Shown here in pieces: positions 24,802 to 36,230 of a stretch of DNA of 64,000 bases. The translations under genes were made by a program, and so were the position numbers. Position 1 is the stretch's first letter. Each line of letters begins with the position of its first letter. The notes under the pieces were generated by a model, which saw only the letters and a list, made by a program, of their open reading frames with translations, did not search any database and was not told the origin of the DNA. The stretch is from Felis catus (lineage: Eukaryota), in contig NC_058368.1 of NCBI RefSeq assembly GCF_018350175.1, positions 25,980,001-26,044,000 on the forward strand. Direction: 5' to 3'.

Positions 24802-25030
24802 CTGTGGGTCTTTTAAGTAGAGGCCATGGTACCAAACTCCATATCAGTTCTCCCACAATTAAAATGTGCACAAGTCTGTGGAAAGCCCTTTTGCATAAGA
24901 AGTAGGTTTGGCATGGGGTGGATCCCCTGGATGCTGGGACTTTGAACTGGAGTTTTAATAACAGACCAAACACTGTTGTCTCACAATGTCTCAAAGGAAA
25001 GCTCCCTTGCTTTTAAATTCAAGCACACCC

Positions 25031-25241
25031 AGGGCGCCTGGGTGGCTCAGTCCGTTAAGCGTCTGACTTCAGCTCAGGTCATGATCTCATGGTCCGTGAG
25101 TTCGAGCCCCGTGTCGGGCTCTGTGCTGACAGCTTGGAGCCTGGAGTCTGCTTCTGATTCTGTGTTTCCCTCTCTCTGCACCCCTCCCCAGCTTGTGCTC
25201 TCTTTCTCTCAAAAATAAATTTAAAAAAACATTAAAAAAAA
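25031..25241 (+). mobile_element. Can-SINE
   Basis: Full body; TSD taaattcaag(c/t)ac. Confidence 0.95.
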
Positions 25242-25711
25242 TAAATTCAAGTACCCCATATATTTAACCAAATAAATTCAGAAACTTAATGACTCGGCAG
25301 TGGGTTGTGTTGGGGTTTTAGACCCTTTGTGAGTGTCGACAGTTTCTGTCACTCTCCCCTGCACTGTTCTCAGTTGGTAACTAAATGCGCCACGTCTGTG
25401 GCTTGTTGTGAGAACCACACGATGTGCCTTTCATAGAGAAGTTTCTCTTTTTGGTTCAGGACTTTGCTAGAAACTACTCTCACCACTTTTCGGATTGAAT
25501 TCTAGTTTAATCCTCTTTTTCCTACCTCTCCAACGTCATGCACACTTCTATATGAGAAAAGTTGGAGTGCTCTTTAGAGACATTTTCAGATGTGTTTCCA
25601 CAGCCTGTAAACCTTGTTACTTTGGGGCGCTCGGTACCCAGTGAAGCAATGGGTTTGGGGAGCTTCAGGTGGAGGTCAGAGAGCCAATGGAACAACAAGA
25701 TAATTGGTCAG

Positions 25712-25940
25712 TTTTTATTTTTTTAATGTTTATTTATTTTTGAGAGAGAGAGAGAGCGCGCACACGCATGAGCGAGTGGGGGAGGGGCAGAGAGAGAGGG
25801 AGACGCAGAATCCTAAGTAGGCTCCGGGCTCTGAGCTGTCAGCATAGCATGGGTTCATGCAGGGCTCAAACCCATGAACCATGAGATCATGAACTGAGCC
25901 AAAGCCAGAAGATTAACGGACTGAGCCACTCAGGTGCCCC
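25712..25940 (-). mobile_element. Can-SINE nested at the tail end of the next SINE
   Basis: Flanked by tcagttttt(t)attt repeats. Confidence 0.92.
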
Positions 25941-25944
25941 ATCA

Positions 25945-26147
25945 GTTTTTTATTTATTTTTTTTATGTTTATTTATTTTTGAGAGAGAGAAAAAAAGACA
26001 GGGCATGAATGGGGTGAGGGGCAGCGAGAGGGGGGCAGAGGATCCAAAGTGGGCTCTGTGCTGACAACAGAGAGCCCGGTGTGGGGCTTGAACTCATGAA
26101 CCCCTGAGACGTTGGACAGTCAACCGACTGAGCCACCCAGGCACTCC
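25945..26147 (-). mobile_element. Can-SINE with small internal deletion
   Basis: Outer TSD agataattggtcagtttt 25698-25715 and 26148-26165. Confidence 0.92.
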
Positions 26148-26785
26148 AGATAATTGGTCAGTTTTGGTCGGTAAAATAGTTTCGACTCAGTCCCCAGTCA
26201 GATCCGAGTCTTGGGAGAATGAGGAAAGGGAGGGGGTGTGAAGTGAAGTGTAATGTGAACTCTTCACATTAATTTAGTGTAGGAGAACTATGAATCTCTT
26301 CAGAAGATCGTGGAGAAGCTTCTTCCTCCTTTGCAGGTAGTGGGTTAGGCCTCAGGTTGTCTGTCACCAGCCCTGAGGAGGTAGGAGGTGTGGAGGAAAG
26401 AGTAGTCTGGAGCCTCCTGTTGGGCTTGCGAGAACAAGAAGTTAGGCAGAGGGAGAGACTGAGGTCACAGGTCACAGTTGGATTCTTGTTTCTTCCTGGC
26501 TTCAGGCTAAGTCTGGGCTTTGGAATAGAAGAACCCGTTAGAAACACGAGATAATTAAAGAACCTGAGGAATCGGGACTAGAGGCCCACTTTCTGAGAGG
26601 TAATGAAATGGAGGCTGAGGCCTCCAGGAGAGGCCCGGCTCAGCACCTTGACCAGAGCGTCGATGTGAATGAAGGTGGTGGCAGAGGCCAGAGGAGAGAG
26701 ACACAGCACTCTTGGCCCTGCCGCCTCAACTTGGCAGGTTGGGATCCAGCTGTTTCTCGGTGTCAGGAAGAGGGGATCTGGAAGT

Positions 26786-27500
26786 TGTGTTAGGCAGAAT
26801 CATGGCTTCCCAAAGGTGTCCGCGCCCTGGTCCCTGGAACGTGTGAGTTTGTTAAATTCAGGGGTAAAGGAGAAGGTTGCTAATCCGTTGGTTATAATAG
26901 AGGGATCATCCTGAATCATCGGGTGGACCCAGTGTAATTGCGAGGGTCCTTCAAGGTGAAACAGGGAGGTAGGAGAGGGGGACGAGGGAGATGGCGGCAT
27001 GAGAAGGGCCCAGCCTACCGCTGTTGGCTTTGAAGGGGGAGGAAGGAGGCCATCAGCCAAGGAATGTGGTGGCCTTTAGAATCTGGGGTGCCTGGGTGGC
27101 GCAGTCGGTTAAGCGTCCGACTTCAGCCAGGTCACGATCTCGCGGCCCGTGAGTTCGAGCCCCGCGTCAGGCTCTGAGCTGATGGCTCAGAGCCTGGAGC
27201 CTGTTTCCGATTCTGTGTCTCCCTCTCTCTCTGCCCCTCCCCCGTTCATGCTCTGTCTCTCTCTCTGTCCCAAAAATAAATAAATGTTGAAAAAAAAAAA
27301 AAAAGGTGGTGATCTCTAGAATCTGGAAAAGACAAGAGAATGGATTCTCCCCTGGAGTCTCCAGAAGGAACACAGCTCTGCTGACACATTAAGTTTAGCC
27401 CAGATGGACCCATTTTAGCCTTCTGACCTTCAGAGCTGTGTGGTAATAGCTGTGTTATGCCACCATTGCAGTAATTTGTTACAGCAGAGACAGGAAGCCC
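26786..27500 (+). mobile_element. ERVL-MaLR LTR (MLT1D-like) interrupted by SINE
   Basis: tgtgttaggcagaatcatggc start, tggctttgaagg, cagccaaggaatg, gtaatttgttacagcag end. Confidence 0.85.
27085..27304 (+). mobile_element. Can-SINE, youngest cat-type subfamily
   Basis: ggcgcagtcgg, cagccaggtcacg, ctgtttccgattc diagnostics; long A tail. Confidence 0.96.
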
Positions 27501-27681
27501 CTCTAATCCCCTGTTACCTACTGGTTTTAGCTGTTTGCTGCCTTGACACATGACTTCTTGGGGAGTTACAAAAGACAACTGGGAATTAGATGTTAATTTG
27601 CCATGAGAGTAGTGATTATGTCTGCTTAGTTTACCACTAACCAGTGATGAGGGCCGGGCATGTTCACTATGATATTCAATA

Positions 27682-28128
27682 TGATGTGGTTTGAAGTGTT
27701 GGGGTTTGGAACTGATGGCCGAGAAAGAATTCTTGAGACATCTGTGCAAAAAGGCGGTTTTATTATAGCCCGGGGACAGGACCTTCGGGCAGAAAGAGCT
27801 GCACTGAGGTTGTGAGGAGTGACTGATAATATAAGAATTTCTATCCTATGGAGGGGAGGGTGGTGAGGGCTCCAGGAAATGGAGTCTATGGGTTTCTGGA
27901 GATTGCTTCTTTTTCTTGTAAATCATTAAGACAGTTGCAAACTGATGGAGACTTATGTCCTGCGGGACTGTGATCTCTATCGGTTCACTATTTGTTTTTC
28001 CTGTTTCTTTGTTCTTGGGCAGCCAGGAGGGCCTGAGGAATGTCACACATATCCCACCTTGAGGGGGGTGGTCCTTATGGAGCATTAGCTTGTGCTTTGC
28101 CCTGTGCTTGCCTTTTGCCGCTTCATCA
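27682..28128 (-). mobile_element. ERV solo LTR (class I-like, 447 bp)
   Basis: Terminal inverted repeat TGATG...CATCA, 4-bp TSD AATA, minus-strand AATAAA at 27759-27764. Confidence 0.8.
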
Positions 28129-28177
28129 AATACATGCTTGGTACATGAGTAAGTAATGAGATTCTTTAAAATGTAAT

Positions 28178-28393
28178 GGGGCGCCTGGGTGGCGCAGTCG
28201 GTTAAGCGTCCGACTTCAGCCAGGTCACGATCTCACGGTCCGTGAGTTCGAGCCCCGCGTCGGGCTCTGGGCTGATGGCTCGGAGCCTGGAGCCTGTTTC
28301 CGATTCTGTGTCTCCCTCTCTCTCTGCCCCTCCCCCGTTCATGCTCTGTCTCTCTCTGTCCCCAAAATAAAATAAAACGTTGAAAAAAAAAAA
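28178..28393 (+). mobile_element. Can-SINE, youngest cat-type subfamily
   Basis: CpG-intact; TSD ttaaaatgta. Confidence 0.97.
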
Positions 28394-29619
28394 TTAAAAT
28401 GTACTAAAACTCCCTGGACTATGCACTATTATTCTCTTTCTATGTTGCCCAGATTATCATCTGGACAAGTGAGGAGTAGAAGTTAGTTTGCACCTCAGAA
28501 GGCAGAAATTCACCTGATTGGCCTCTTTTTCACCCAAATGGTCCACCCTGAGAAAATGACCTCACAAATGCAGAGCGATAGCTCTGATCCAGAAGAATAC
28601 GAACAGTAGACTGATCCAGAAAAATGTGGTGGCTGGACAGCGAGTTCTTTCCCCCATGAACATTTTGCCACTATGTGGAGTGTTGATAGAATGGGGTGAC
28701 CATGGGGCAAATAGATGAGGACACTGTTAGCCTGGCTGAGCTATAAGAAGGGGTCAGTGTCATCAGGAAAAAGACATGTGCTTCCTTCATGCTATTTTAC
28801 GCTGAAGAATCCGAAGGACCCTGGGGTTCCTCTAGAGGCACTGTTCCTCCAGATCAGAGCTCGAACCGTTGGGGTAGGGGCAGCAGAAGGGTCTTGGGAG
28901 AGGAGAGGAAGGAGAGAGAGCAGAGAAGAAAAAGACCCCTGGCTGTTCCTTGCAAGTAGAGTCTAAGTGGACGAGGGCAGCCTGATGGGCAAGAGACCTG
29001 TTTTGTCTGGTCTTGGAGGCTCCACGTGTGCTTTCAGTTCCTAGAAAGTCCGTCACCTCCTGGGAACGAACTGGATTAGTACCTCAGCCTCGCCTCAGGG
29101 GCAGAGATACTCAGATCATAAGGATCCTGTGCAAGGTTGGGTGGGGTCTTTTCTGCAGTTTCAAGGTCAGATGATTCAGGCAGTAAAGTAAATTTGGGGC
29201 AGGAATTATGATGTGGACTGTCTCAGGTTGTGGGCAGGTGCCTGATAGTGCTGGGGACATCCAGACTGGGACCCCTGCAGGACCATGACTTTCAGAGGGG
29301 GAGGGCCAAGGGATGGTTCGGCAGACACTCTTCTTTTTCCTCTTTCCTTCCTCTCTCCACCTCCACCTCTAACAATGCACTCAGGGTGGCAGGGATTTTT
29401 CTCAGGAGTTGTGAAAGTAAGGGTATGTCGAACTGCTAGGGGCATTTGAGACAATTGAACTGCAGCTTCTAGTCAGGGAGCCAGAGAGTGAGGTGCATTT
29501 ACACAGTAAGTGATCTCTGAGCCACCTCCACACCAGTCCTCTGGGTACCTCTCCTCTCCCCTTGAACTGGAAGATTTGCATTGTTCAGTAGCAGAGAGCT
29601 CCAGATCATTCGCCATCCC

Positions 29620-30081
29620 TGCTCTGCCTTCTCGGCAGGTTGTGGTGCTCTGAAAAACTCCCTCCTCCTATTCTTACAAAAGAATGATTATTGCAGAGGA
29701 GGACATGTGACAAAGTCAGGGCCAAAATCTCAGAATCCTTCTGAGAGATTGACTTATTTACCTACTTTTACATATTCTCTTTCCACTAGGATTTCTAAGC
29801 CAGGAGCCTGTGATCTAGAATAGCCAATAGCCATTTTTTCATAGCTGTTGAATAAGACTGCTGTACCAGAGGAGAATAACATTTCTCTAAAATTCAGCAG
29901 AAAGCCAAGCCAAGAAATGAAGATCATGAGCGTAAGAGTCCTGAGAACCTTGTTTTGGCACCTGGATCGAGCTCTTCCTGAAGTCCATATCCATTCATTC
30001 ATAAATATACCAGATTCATAAGGCAATACCCAGCCATTTTGCTTAAGTAGTTAGAGTTTCTGTTAGTATCTTGACTAATGC
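29620..30081 (+). mobile_element. ERVL-MaLR LTR (old MLT1K/L-like)
   Basis: ggacatgtgacaaagtcagggccaa, gcacctggatcgagctcttcctgaagtc, ttttgcttaagtagttagagtttctgtt. Confidence 0.55.
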
Positions 30082-30148
30082 AGTCAGTTAACCTTGCCCT
30101 ACAGAAAGTCAGTCTTATACTATCCTTCATCTGATAATAAAGGTTAGG

Positions 30149-30369
30149 TTTTTAAAATTTTTTTTTAAATGTTTCTTTAGTTTTGAGAGAGAGAGAGACA
30201 GAACACAAGCAGGGGAGAGACAGAGAGAGAGGGAGACACAGAATCCGAAGCAGGCTTCAGGCTCCCAGCTGTCAGCATGGAGCTGGATATGAGGCTTAAA
30301 CCCATGAACCGCGAGATCATGACCCCAGCCGAAGTTGACGCTTAACCGACTGAGCTACCCAGATACCCC
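30149..30369 (-). mobile_element. Can-SINE
   Basis: Full body; flanked by aggttag. Confidence 0.92.
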
Positions 30370-30376
30370 TAGGTTA

Positions 30377-30614
30377 GTTTTCTTTTTTTTTTTTTTAACT
30401 TTAAAAAAAATGTTTATTTATTTATTTTTTGAGAGAGGAGAGAGAGCAAGCCGGGGAGAGGCAGAGAGAGAGAGAGAGAGAGGGAGAGAGAAATCCCAAT
30501 CAGGCTCCATGCTGTGAGTGCAGAGCCCGATGCAAGGCTTGAACTCACGAACTGTGAGATCATGACCTGAGCCGAAATCAAGAGTCAGACACTCTTGAGC
30601 CATCCAGGCACCCC
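30377..30614 (-). mobile_element. Can-SINE
   Basis: Full body, tandem with previous copy. Confidence 0.92.
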
Positions 30615-31804
30615 AGTAAAGGTCACTTTTCATCACATCTGTTCCACTTTCACAATTCCTTTAATATGAGGATTCATTTAGTCATGTAACTTTTTTTGGT
30701 AAGATGTCTATTGTCTTAGGAATTCTGGGAACCACTACTAAATATAAAATCAATTGGAAATCATGCAGCTATAAGGAAAAATATGCATGGGAGGAAACTT
30801 GACAGGAAATTCCAGTTTGGGTGGAACGTTTTGGACTTAGAAGTGAGGTTCCACTTAAAATTGCTGCCTTGGATATTCTTGTAATTTCAATTTTTTTCAA
30901 AACAAAATTCTGAGAGCCCCGATACATTTAGGAGTAACAAAAAGACAAGAAATGAAGAAGGAAGGTCGGAGCAGACTCCTGCCCCCAGTCATATTGGAAT
31001 CATTACGGATCCAGGTCAAGTGATTACCTGTGCTGTGCTGTTTCCTCTGGCCAGATATTCTTTCCTTCTCCTATTCAGATGTCAGAAATAGAATCTTAGA
31101 GAGGAACCGCTGGGCTGGAGCAGTGACAAATGGGATATGTTGTAGGAGGATTTCAGCCGGAGTCCTGATACCTGTCGGAGGGGCTTAATTAGGATAAATG
31201 GCAGGGGATACGCTGAGGGCAAGGCATACCCACTCACGAGCCGCATATGGAGGGCTCGCAGGGTGAGGTCAATGGAGTATGAGAAAAAAAATCACATGAA
31301 TTCCATCTTGTTGAGAGGGAGCGAGCAAGGGAGGCTGATATTCTCTGCTTGGGGTGCAATGGGACAGTGCAAGCTTGTGGCCGGGATTACAGACTCTTAG
31401 GTTCCTGACCCCAGGACTCCTCAGGACTCTTCAGAACTGTGTCTCTAGAGCCCCAGTGCTCCTGTTCTGTGATAAAAGTCCAAGGACTGTCCATTTGCTC
31501 TGGGCTCAGCCTCATCGCCCTCACCTTGCCTGATCAGGAGCTTTTCCATAAAGCAATGAGTCTGATTCATGTTTTGATGAGAATAGTTGATAAGCATCAG
31601 CCTGATTCTTTTGTAGTAATTCCTCTGTCATGGAAACAAGGCTTGTCTCTCCAGGTACTGATCTCCAGATAAGGCTCCAGATATCCTGGAAATGGATGTA
31701 ATTGCTGCTGCACCCACGGGGCCACGGCCACACCCTGCTGTGGGGACGGTGTGCTCCCAGTGGGGTTTGCTACTGGCTGTTCTTCATACTCCGCATACCA
31801 GTGC

Positions 31805-31894
31805 TCTTTCCTTTCTCTCTCTCTCTCTCTCTTTTCTCTTTCCCTTCCTTCCTCCCCCTCTCTTTTTCTTTTCTTTTCCTCCCTTCCTTCCTTT

Positions 31895-31950
<56 letters not shown>

Positions 31951-31992
31951 TCGTTCTTTCGTTCTTTCGTTCTTTCGTTCTTTCGTTCTTTC
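31805..31992. repeat. Compound pyrimidine microsatellite (CT)n/(CTTC)n/(TTTC)n/(TTCGTTCT)n
   Basis: Directly visible. Confidence 0.95.
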
Positions 31993-32172
31993 ATCCTGTT
32001 TAAAATTTAGAAGCCAAGTGTTTGATTCAGCAAGAGGGAGGAAGGGAGGGACAATGAATTGCACGTTTGAGAGCATTGCTCAAGGAGGAAAAATACTGCT
32101 GTATTCGTTGTGCAGTGTGGCCCTAACACATTGGGGGGGGGCACATTCATTGATTCTAACACAAAAAAGAAT

Positions 32173-32406
32173 TTTATTTGAAAAAAATGTAAAAAGTTAT
32201 TTGAAACGTTTATTTTTAGAGAGAGAGAGTGTGCACGTGCAAATGGGGGAGGGGCAGAGAGAGAGAGGGAGGGAGAGAATCCCAAGCAGGCTCCACACTG
32301 TCACTGCAGAGCCCAACGTGGGGCTCGATCTCACAACCTGTGAGATTATGATCTGAGCTGATAACAAGAGTCTGATGCTCAACTGACTGAGCCACCCAGG
32401 TTCCCC
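32173..32406 (-). mobile_element. Can-SINE
   Basis: Full body. Confidence 0.92.
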
Positions 32407-32431
32407 TAACACTAAAATGAACTAAAAAACA

Positions 32432-32468
32432 TTTTTTTTTTAGTTTATTTATTTTTTGAGAGAGAGAC

Positions 32469-32509
<41 letters not shown>

Positions 32510-32668
32510 AGGGGAGGGAACAAGAAAGAGGGAGAGAGAGAATCCTAAGCAGGCTCCTCACTGTCAGTGCAGAGCCTGATTCGGGGCACAAACTCACAAA
32601 CTGTGAGATCATGACCTGAGCCCAAATCAAGAGTCAGATGCTTAACCGACTGAGCCACTCAGGCACCC
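32432..32668 (-). mobile_element. Can-SINE
   Basis: Full body with long (GA)n. Confidence 0.92.
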
Positions 32669-32691
32669 GACACGAAAAGGAATTTTAAAGA

Positions 32692-32901
32692 GGGATGCCT
32701 GGGTGGTTCAGTCGGTTAAGCGTCTGACTTCAGCTCAGGTCATGATCCCAAGGGTCGTGGGTTTGAGCCCCGCGTCAGTCTCTGTGCTGACAGCTCAGAG
32801 CCTGGAGCCTGCTTCGGATTCTGTGTCTCCCTCACTCTCTGCCCCTCCCCCACTCACACTCTTTCTCTCTGAAATAAATAAACATTAAAATTAAAAAAAA
32901 A
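32692..32901 (+). mobile_element. Can-SINE
   Basis: Head-to-head with previous copy; full body and A tail. Confidence 0.93.
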
Positions 32902-32942
32902 ATTAAAGATTTAAAGGCTAAGAACTATTTTTCTGTATGACA

Positions 32943-32947
32943 TCTAC

Positions 32948-32983
<36 letters not shown>

Positions 32984-32984
32984 A
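32943..32984. repeat. (CTAT)n tetranucleotide microsatellite
   Basis: Directly visible. Confidence 0.9.
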
Positions 32985-33711
32985 TATGTACATGTATGTG
33001 TGAGTATAATAAGGTGAAAAACGAATCTTATGTGGCTACAGCATTCCAAATTCATCTCAGAGAGGAGCCGATGCTTGCTGGCTGTTTTAATGGGCACGGC
33101 CCTGTGTTTGCACAATAGAAAACATCCAGAAGAATAAAATATATACTCCATAACCAATAACCTAATTGCACAAAGAAGATCCTTATTCATTTACTCTTTC
33201 TTCCATTTATCCATAAAGTATTTATTCAGAGCCTAGCCTGTGGGAGGTCCACGCTGGGTACTGGGGATAGAGCAGTGAGAGGGAGGGGTGCGGTTCTGCC
33301 CTGTGGGGTTTGCCATCTAGCTGAGGTCACACACACAGGAAACCTGCCCGAAGGAAGCCAAGTGGAACTCATGCCTCTGGGGAGGTCCGCCGGGCTCTGG
33401 CTGCTCGTCCGACACCATCCCCCTGGTCACACGGGGCTGTTGAATACTGGAAAAGCTGCCAGTGTAACTGAGGAGTTGAACATTTAATATTATTGCATTA
33501 TGATTAGTTTAAGTTTAAATTGAAGAGTACTGGGTACAGTTACTAGCAGACTTTTTAGCTTTTTGGAACAACTTGGGTGCCCGTATCTTTTTCAATTTTA
33601 GGCTTTGTGAGATCTAAATACAGATTGTGTGTTTCTTATCAAAATTTAGGACCCTAAGCGAGAGGTTCTGTAACTATGAAATGCACCCTAGATTTAGAAG
33701 ATTTGGTACCA

Positions 33712-33923
33712 GGGGTGCCGGGGTGGCTCAGTTGGTGAAGCATCTGACTTCGGCTCAGGTCATGATCTCACAGTTTGTGAGTTCAAGCCCCGCCTCAGGC
33801 TTTGGGTTGACAACTCAGAGCCTGGAGCCTGCTTTGGATTCTGTGTCTCCCTCTCTCTCTGTTCCTTCCCTGTTTGCCCTCTGTCTCTCTCTCTCTCAAA
33901 AATAAAGTTAAAAAAGAAAAAGA
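33712..33923 (+). mobile_element. Can-SINE
   Basis: TSD aagatttggtac 33698-33709 and 33924-33935. Confidence 0.95.
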
Positions 33924-34051
33924 AAGATTTGGTACAAAAAAAAAAAAGAAGAAAGAAAAGAAAAGAATGTAAAATAATTCATTAGTAGTATTTTGGATAT
34001 GTTGGGTTAGATAAAATATATTATTGAAATGGACTGTATCCGTTTTCTTTC

Positions 34052-34114
34052 TTTTTTTTTTCTTTTTTAAAGCTTATTGAGCTTATTATTACCTTTTAAT
34101 GTTTATTTATTTTT

Positions 34115-34151
<37 letters not shown>

Positions 34152-34318
34152 CATGAGCAGGGGAGGAGCAGAGAGAGAGGGAGACACAGAATCCGAAACA
34201 GGCTCCAGTCTCTGAGCTATCAGCACAGAGCCCGACGCGGGGCTCGAACTCACAAACTGTGAGATCATGACCTGAGCCCAAGCCGGACGCTCAACCGACT
34301 GAGCCACCCAAGCGCCCC
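34052..34318 (-). mobile_element. Can-SINE
   Basis: Full body with long (GA)n; tail boundary approximate. Confidence 0.93.
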
Positions 34319-34977
34319 TCTTTTTTTTTTTCTTTTTAATAGGACTCCTGGAAAACTTTAAATCACATATGTGACTTGTATTCATTTGTCTTGGATAGTG
34401 TTGGTCTAAGGGGTTTTGAAGGAGAGAGAAATCCTATCATGAAAGAAATGGCTTTTTGGTATTAATTTTGCAGAACTGGATCCTTCAGGTGGAGAGAGCA
34501 GAGAACGTTCCTGGGACGGGAGAGATGGGGTCATGGGATGGCTGTGATAATTCCAGGGATGCTGGTGTGTGGGAGCGCCTTGGTCACTGTGTTTGGGGAA
34601 CAGCAGTGGGACAGGCTGGTCAGGATCACGAGGCCATGGTGTGGGTAGCCTTGCCCTGCCAAGCTGAGTGGGTTGTGCTCAGTCCAGTTGGCCAAGAAGG
34701 AGCTGGGAGGCTTTTGAGCAGGGGCAGAGTGGTGAGAACAGCTTTTGTGATAATTTATCCCGCTGCACTATGTAAATTGGGACTAGTGGGGAGAGCCACA
34801 AGCAGAGAGATGTGGTTTGAAGACCCCAGCAGTAATTCCTTTTAGCCGAGAATCCAAAAACAAAGAAACAAATCTAGGAACAAATGATAAAAACTTCACC
34901 CAGTTCTTACAAGAATGAAATCAGGCCTTACTCACACTCTACTTCCTACAAATTACCCTTTGTAGTAATTTCTTCCC

Positions 34978-35241
34978 CTTTAATTTTTTAACTTTAATTT
35001 GATTTATTTATTAAAAATTTGTAAATGTTTATTTAGTTTTGAGAGAGCGAGAGAGCGAGAGAGAGAGAGCGTGTGCATGAGCCGGGGAGGGGCAGAGAGA
35101 GAGGGAGACACAGAATCCAAAGCAGGCTCCAGGCTCTGAGCTGTCAGCACAGAGCCCGATGTGGGGCTCGAACTCATGAACTGTGAGATCATGACCCGAG
35201 CTGAAGTTGATGCTTAACCGACTGAACCACCCAGATGCCCC
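34978..35241 (-). mobile_element. Can-SINE
   Basis: Full body. Confidence 0.93.
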
Positions 35242-36099
35242 TAATTTTTTTTTTTTTTTTTTTAAACTCCTGGGCGGTGGTCATATAACTTGGATATTGT
35301 CCTGGAGCCTGGGATGGAATTCTATCAGTCACTCGTAAGTGAGCCCGTTTAGTTTGCTTATCACAAATCTCCAAAATATGTGATACCCTTTGGAGCCAAG
35401 AGTCACAGGAAATAAAGATTTAGGGAAATGAATACCGACGACTCCAGAAGATCTGTAAAGTTCCAGATCCTGGGATTGTAGCACGGAGAGGGCTTCTAGG
35501 TGTCATCCAATTCAAACTTGACTTCCCTGAAGAATAGGCCCAGAGAGTTTCCAGGACATGTCCACAGCCACACAGCTAGTTAGTCACACAATGGCCACGA
35601 GAGTCTGAGCCACGGGTTTTCATCCAGCTTCTGCCCCAACATGGCATGCTGGTGTCTAGGAGCATCGAGCCTATAATGAATCCAGAAAGATGAGGCAAAA
35701 CCACAAGGAACTGGGAAAGGTAACAGTTGGGTCCACTGTATAGAGAGAGGTTATATGAGTACACGCAGCCCTGTGAATAAAACGCACGGGGCCTCTCTTC
35801 TCTCAGCTGCAGCCCTTGGAGCGTCATTGGTTGATCCCCCATTAATGGCTCAGGGACAGCTGCCCAGTGTTGGGACACCCGGGAGGAACACTTAATCCTC
35901 ACTGAGGAGGGGCAGCAGGGTGGAGGGCCAGCCCTACCATCACCCCAGGAAGGTTTTCAGTGCCCTCACATCTTCCTTTCCATGTCTGCAGGGAAGAAAG
36001 AAGCATTAGAGGACTAAAGAGGGGGAGGCACTAAGAAAAGTTAGGAGAGGGAAAGTGTGGAGGGGTCCATTGAAGGCTTGGCTCATATGTACATGTGCG

Positions 36100-36230
36100 G
36101 ACCATATAAAGGCTCTTTAAATAGCGCTGTCGCAGGTGAAGGCGGTGACAGAGGACAGCCTCCCTGTGCTGCAGGGAGCTGAGTAAATACACACTGACGT
36201 CATGTCCATAGCTGGGTGGGGGCGGGGCTG
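36100..36230. promoter_or_regulatory. Promoter/enhancer-like module (TATA-like, FOX, CRE, GC box)
   Basis: tataaa 36105, ctttaaatag 36115, gtaaata 36183, TGACGTCA 36195, GGGGCGGGGC 36219. Confidence 0.45.

Larger units (their letters stand above)
33430..34402 (+). mobile_element. hAT-Charlie DNA transposon remnant (Charlie1-like) with two SINE insertions
   Basis: gtgtaactgaggagttgaa, atattttggatatgttgggttagataaaatatattatt, terminal aaatcacatatgtgacttgt...ttggatagtgttg. Confidence 0.65.

Noticed and set aside
26269..26430. Minus-strand S/P/E-rich reading frame after an acceptor-like tract
   Set aside because: No recognisable homology, no nearby polyA signal or clear donor; not supportable as an exon
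28178..28260. tRNA-like sequence with A and B boxes
   Set aside because: It is a SINE head continuing into the (CT)n block and A tail, not a tRNA gene; the same applies to all copies
31597..32356. Several long overlapping ORFs
   Set aside because: Produced by a stop-free microsatellite plus a SINE
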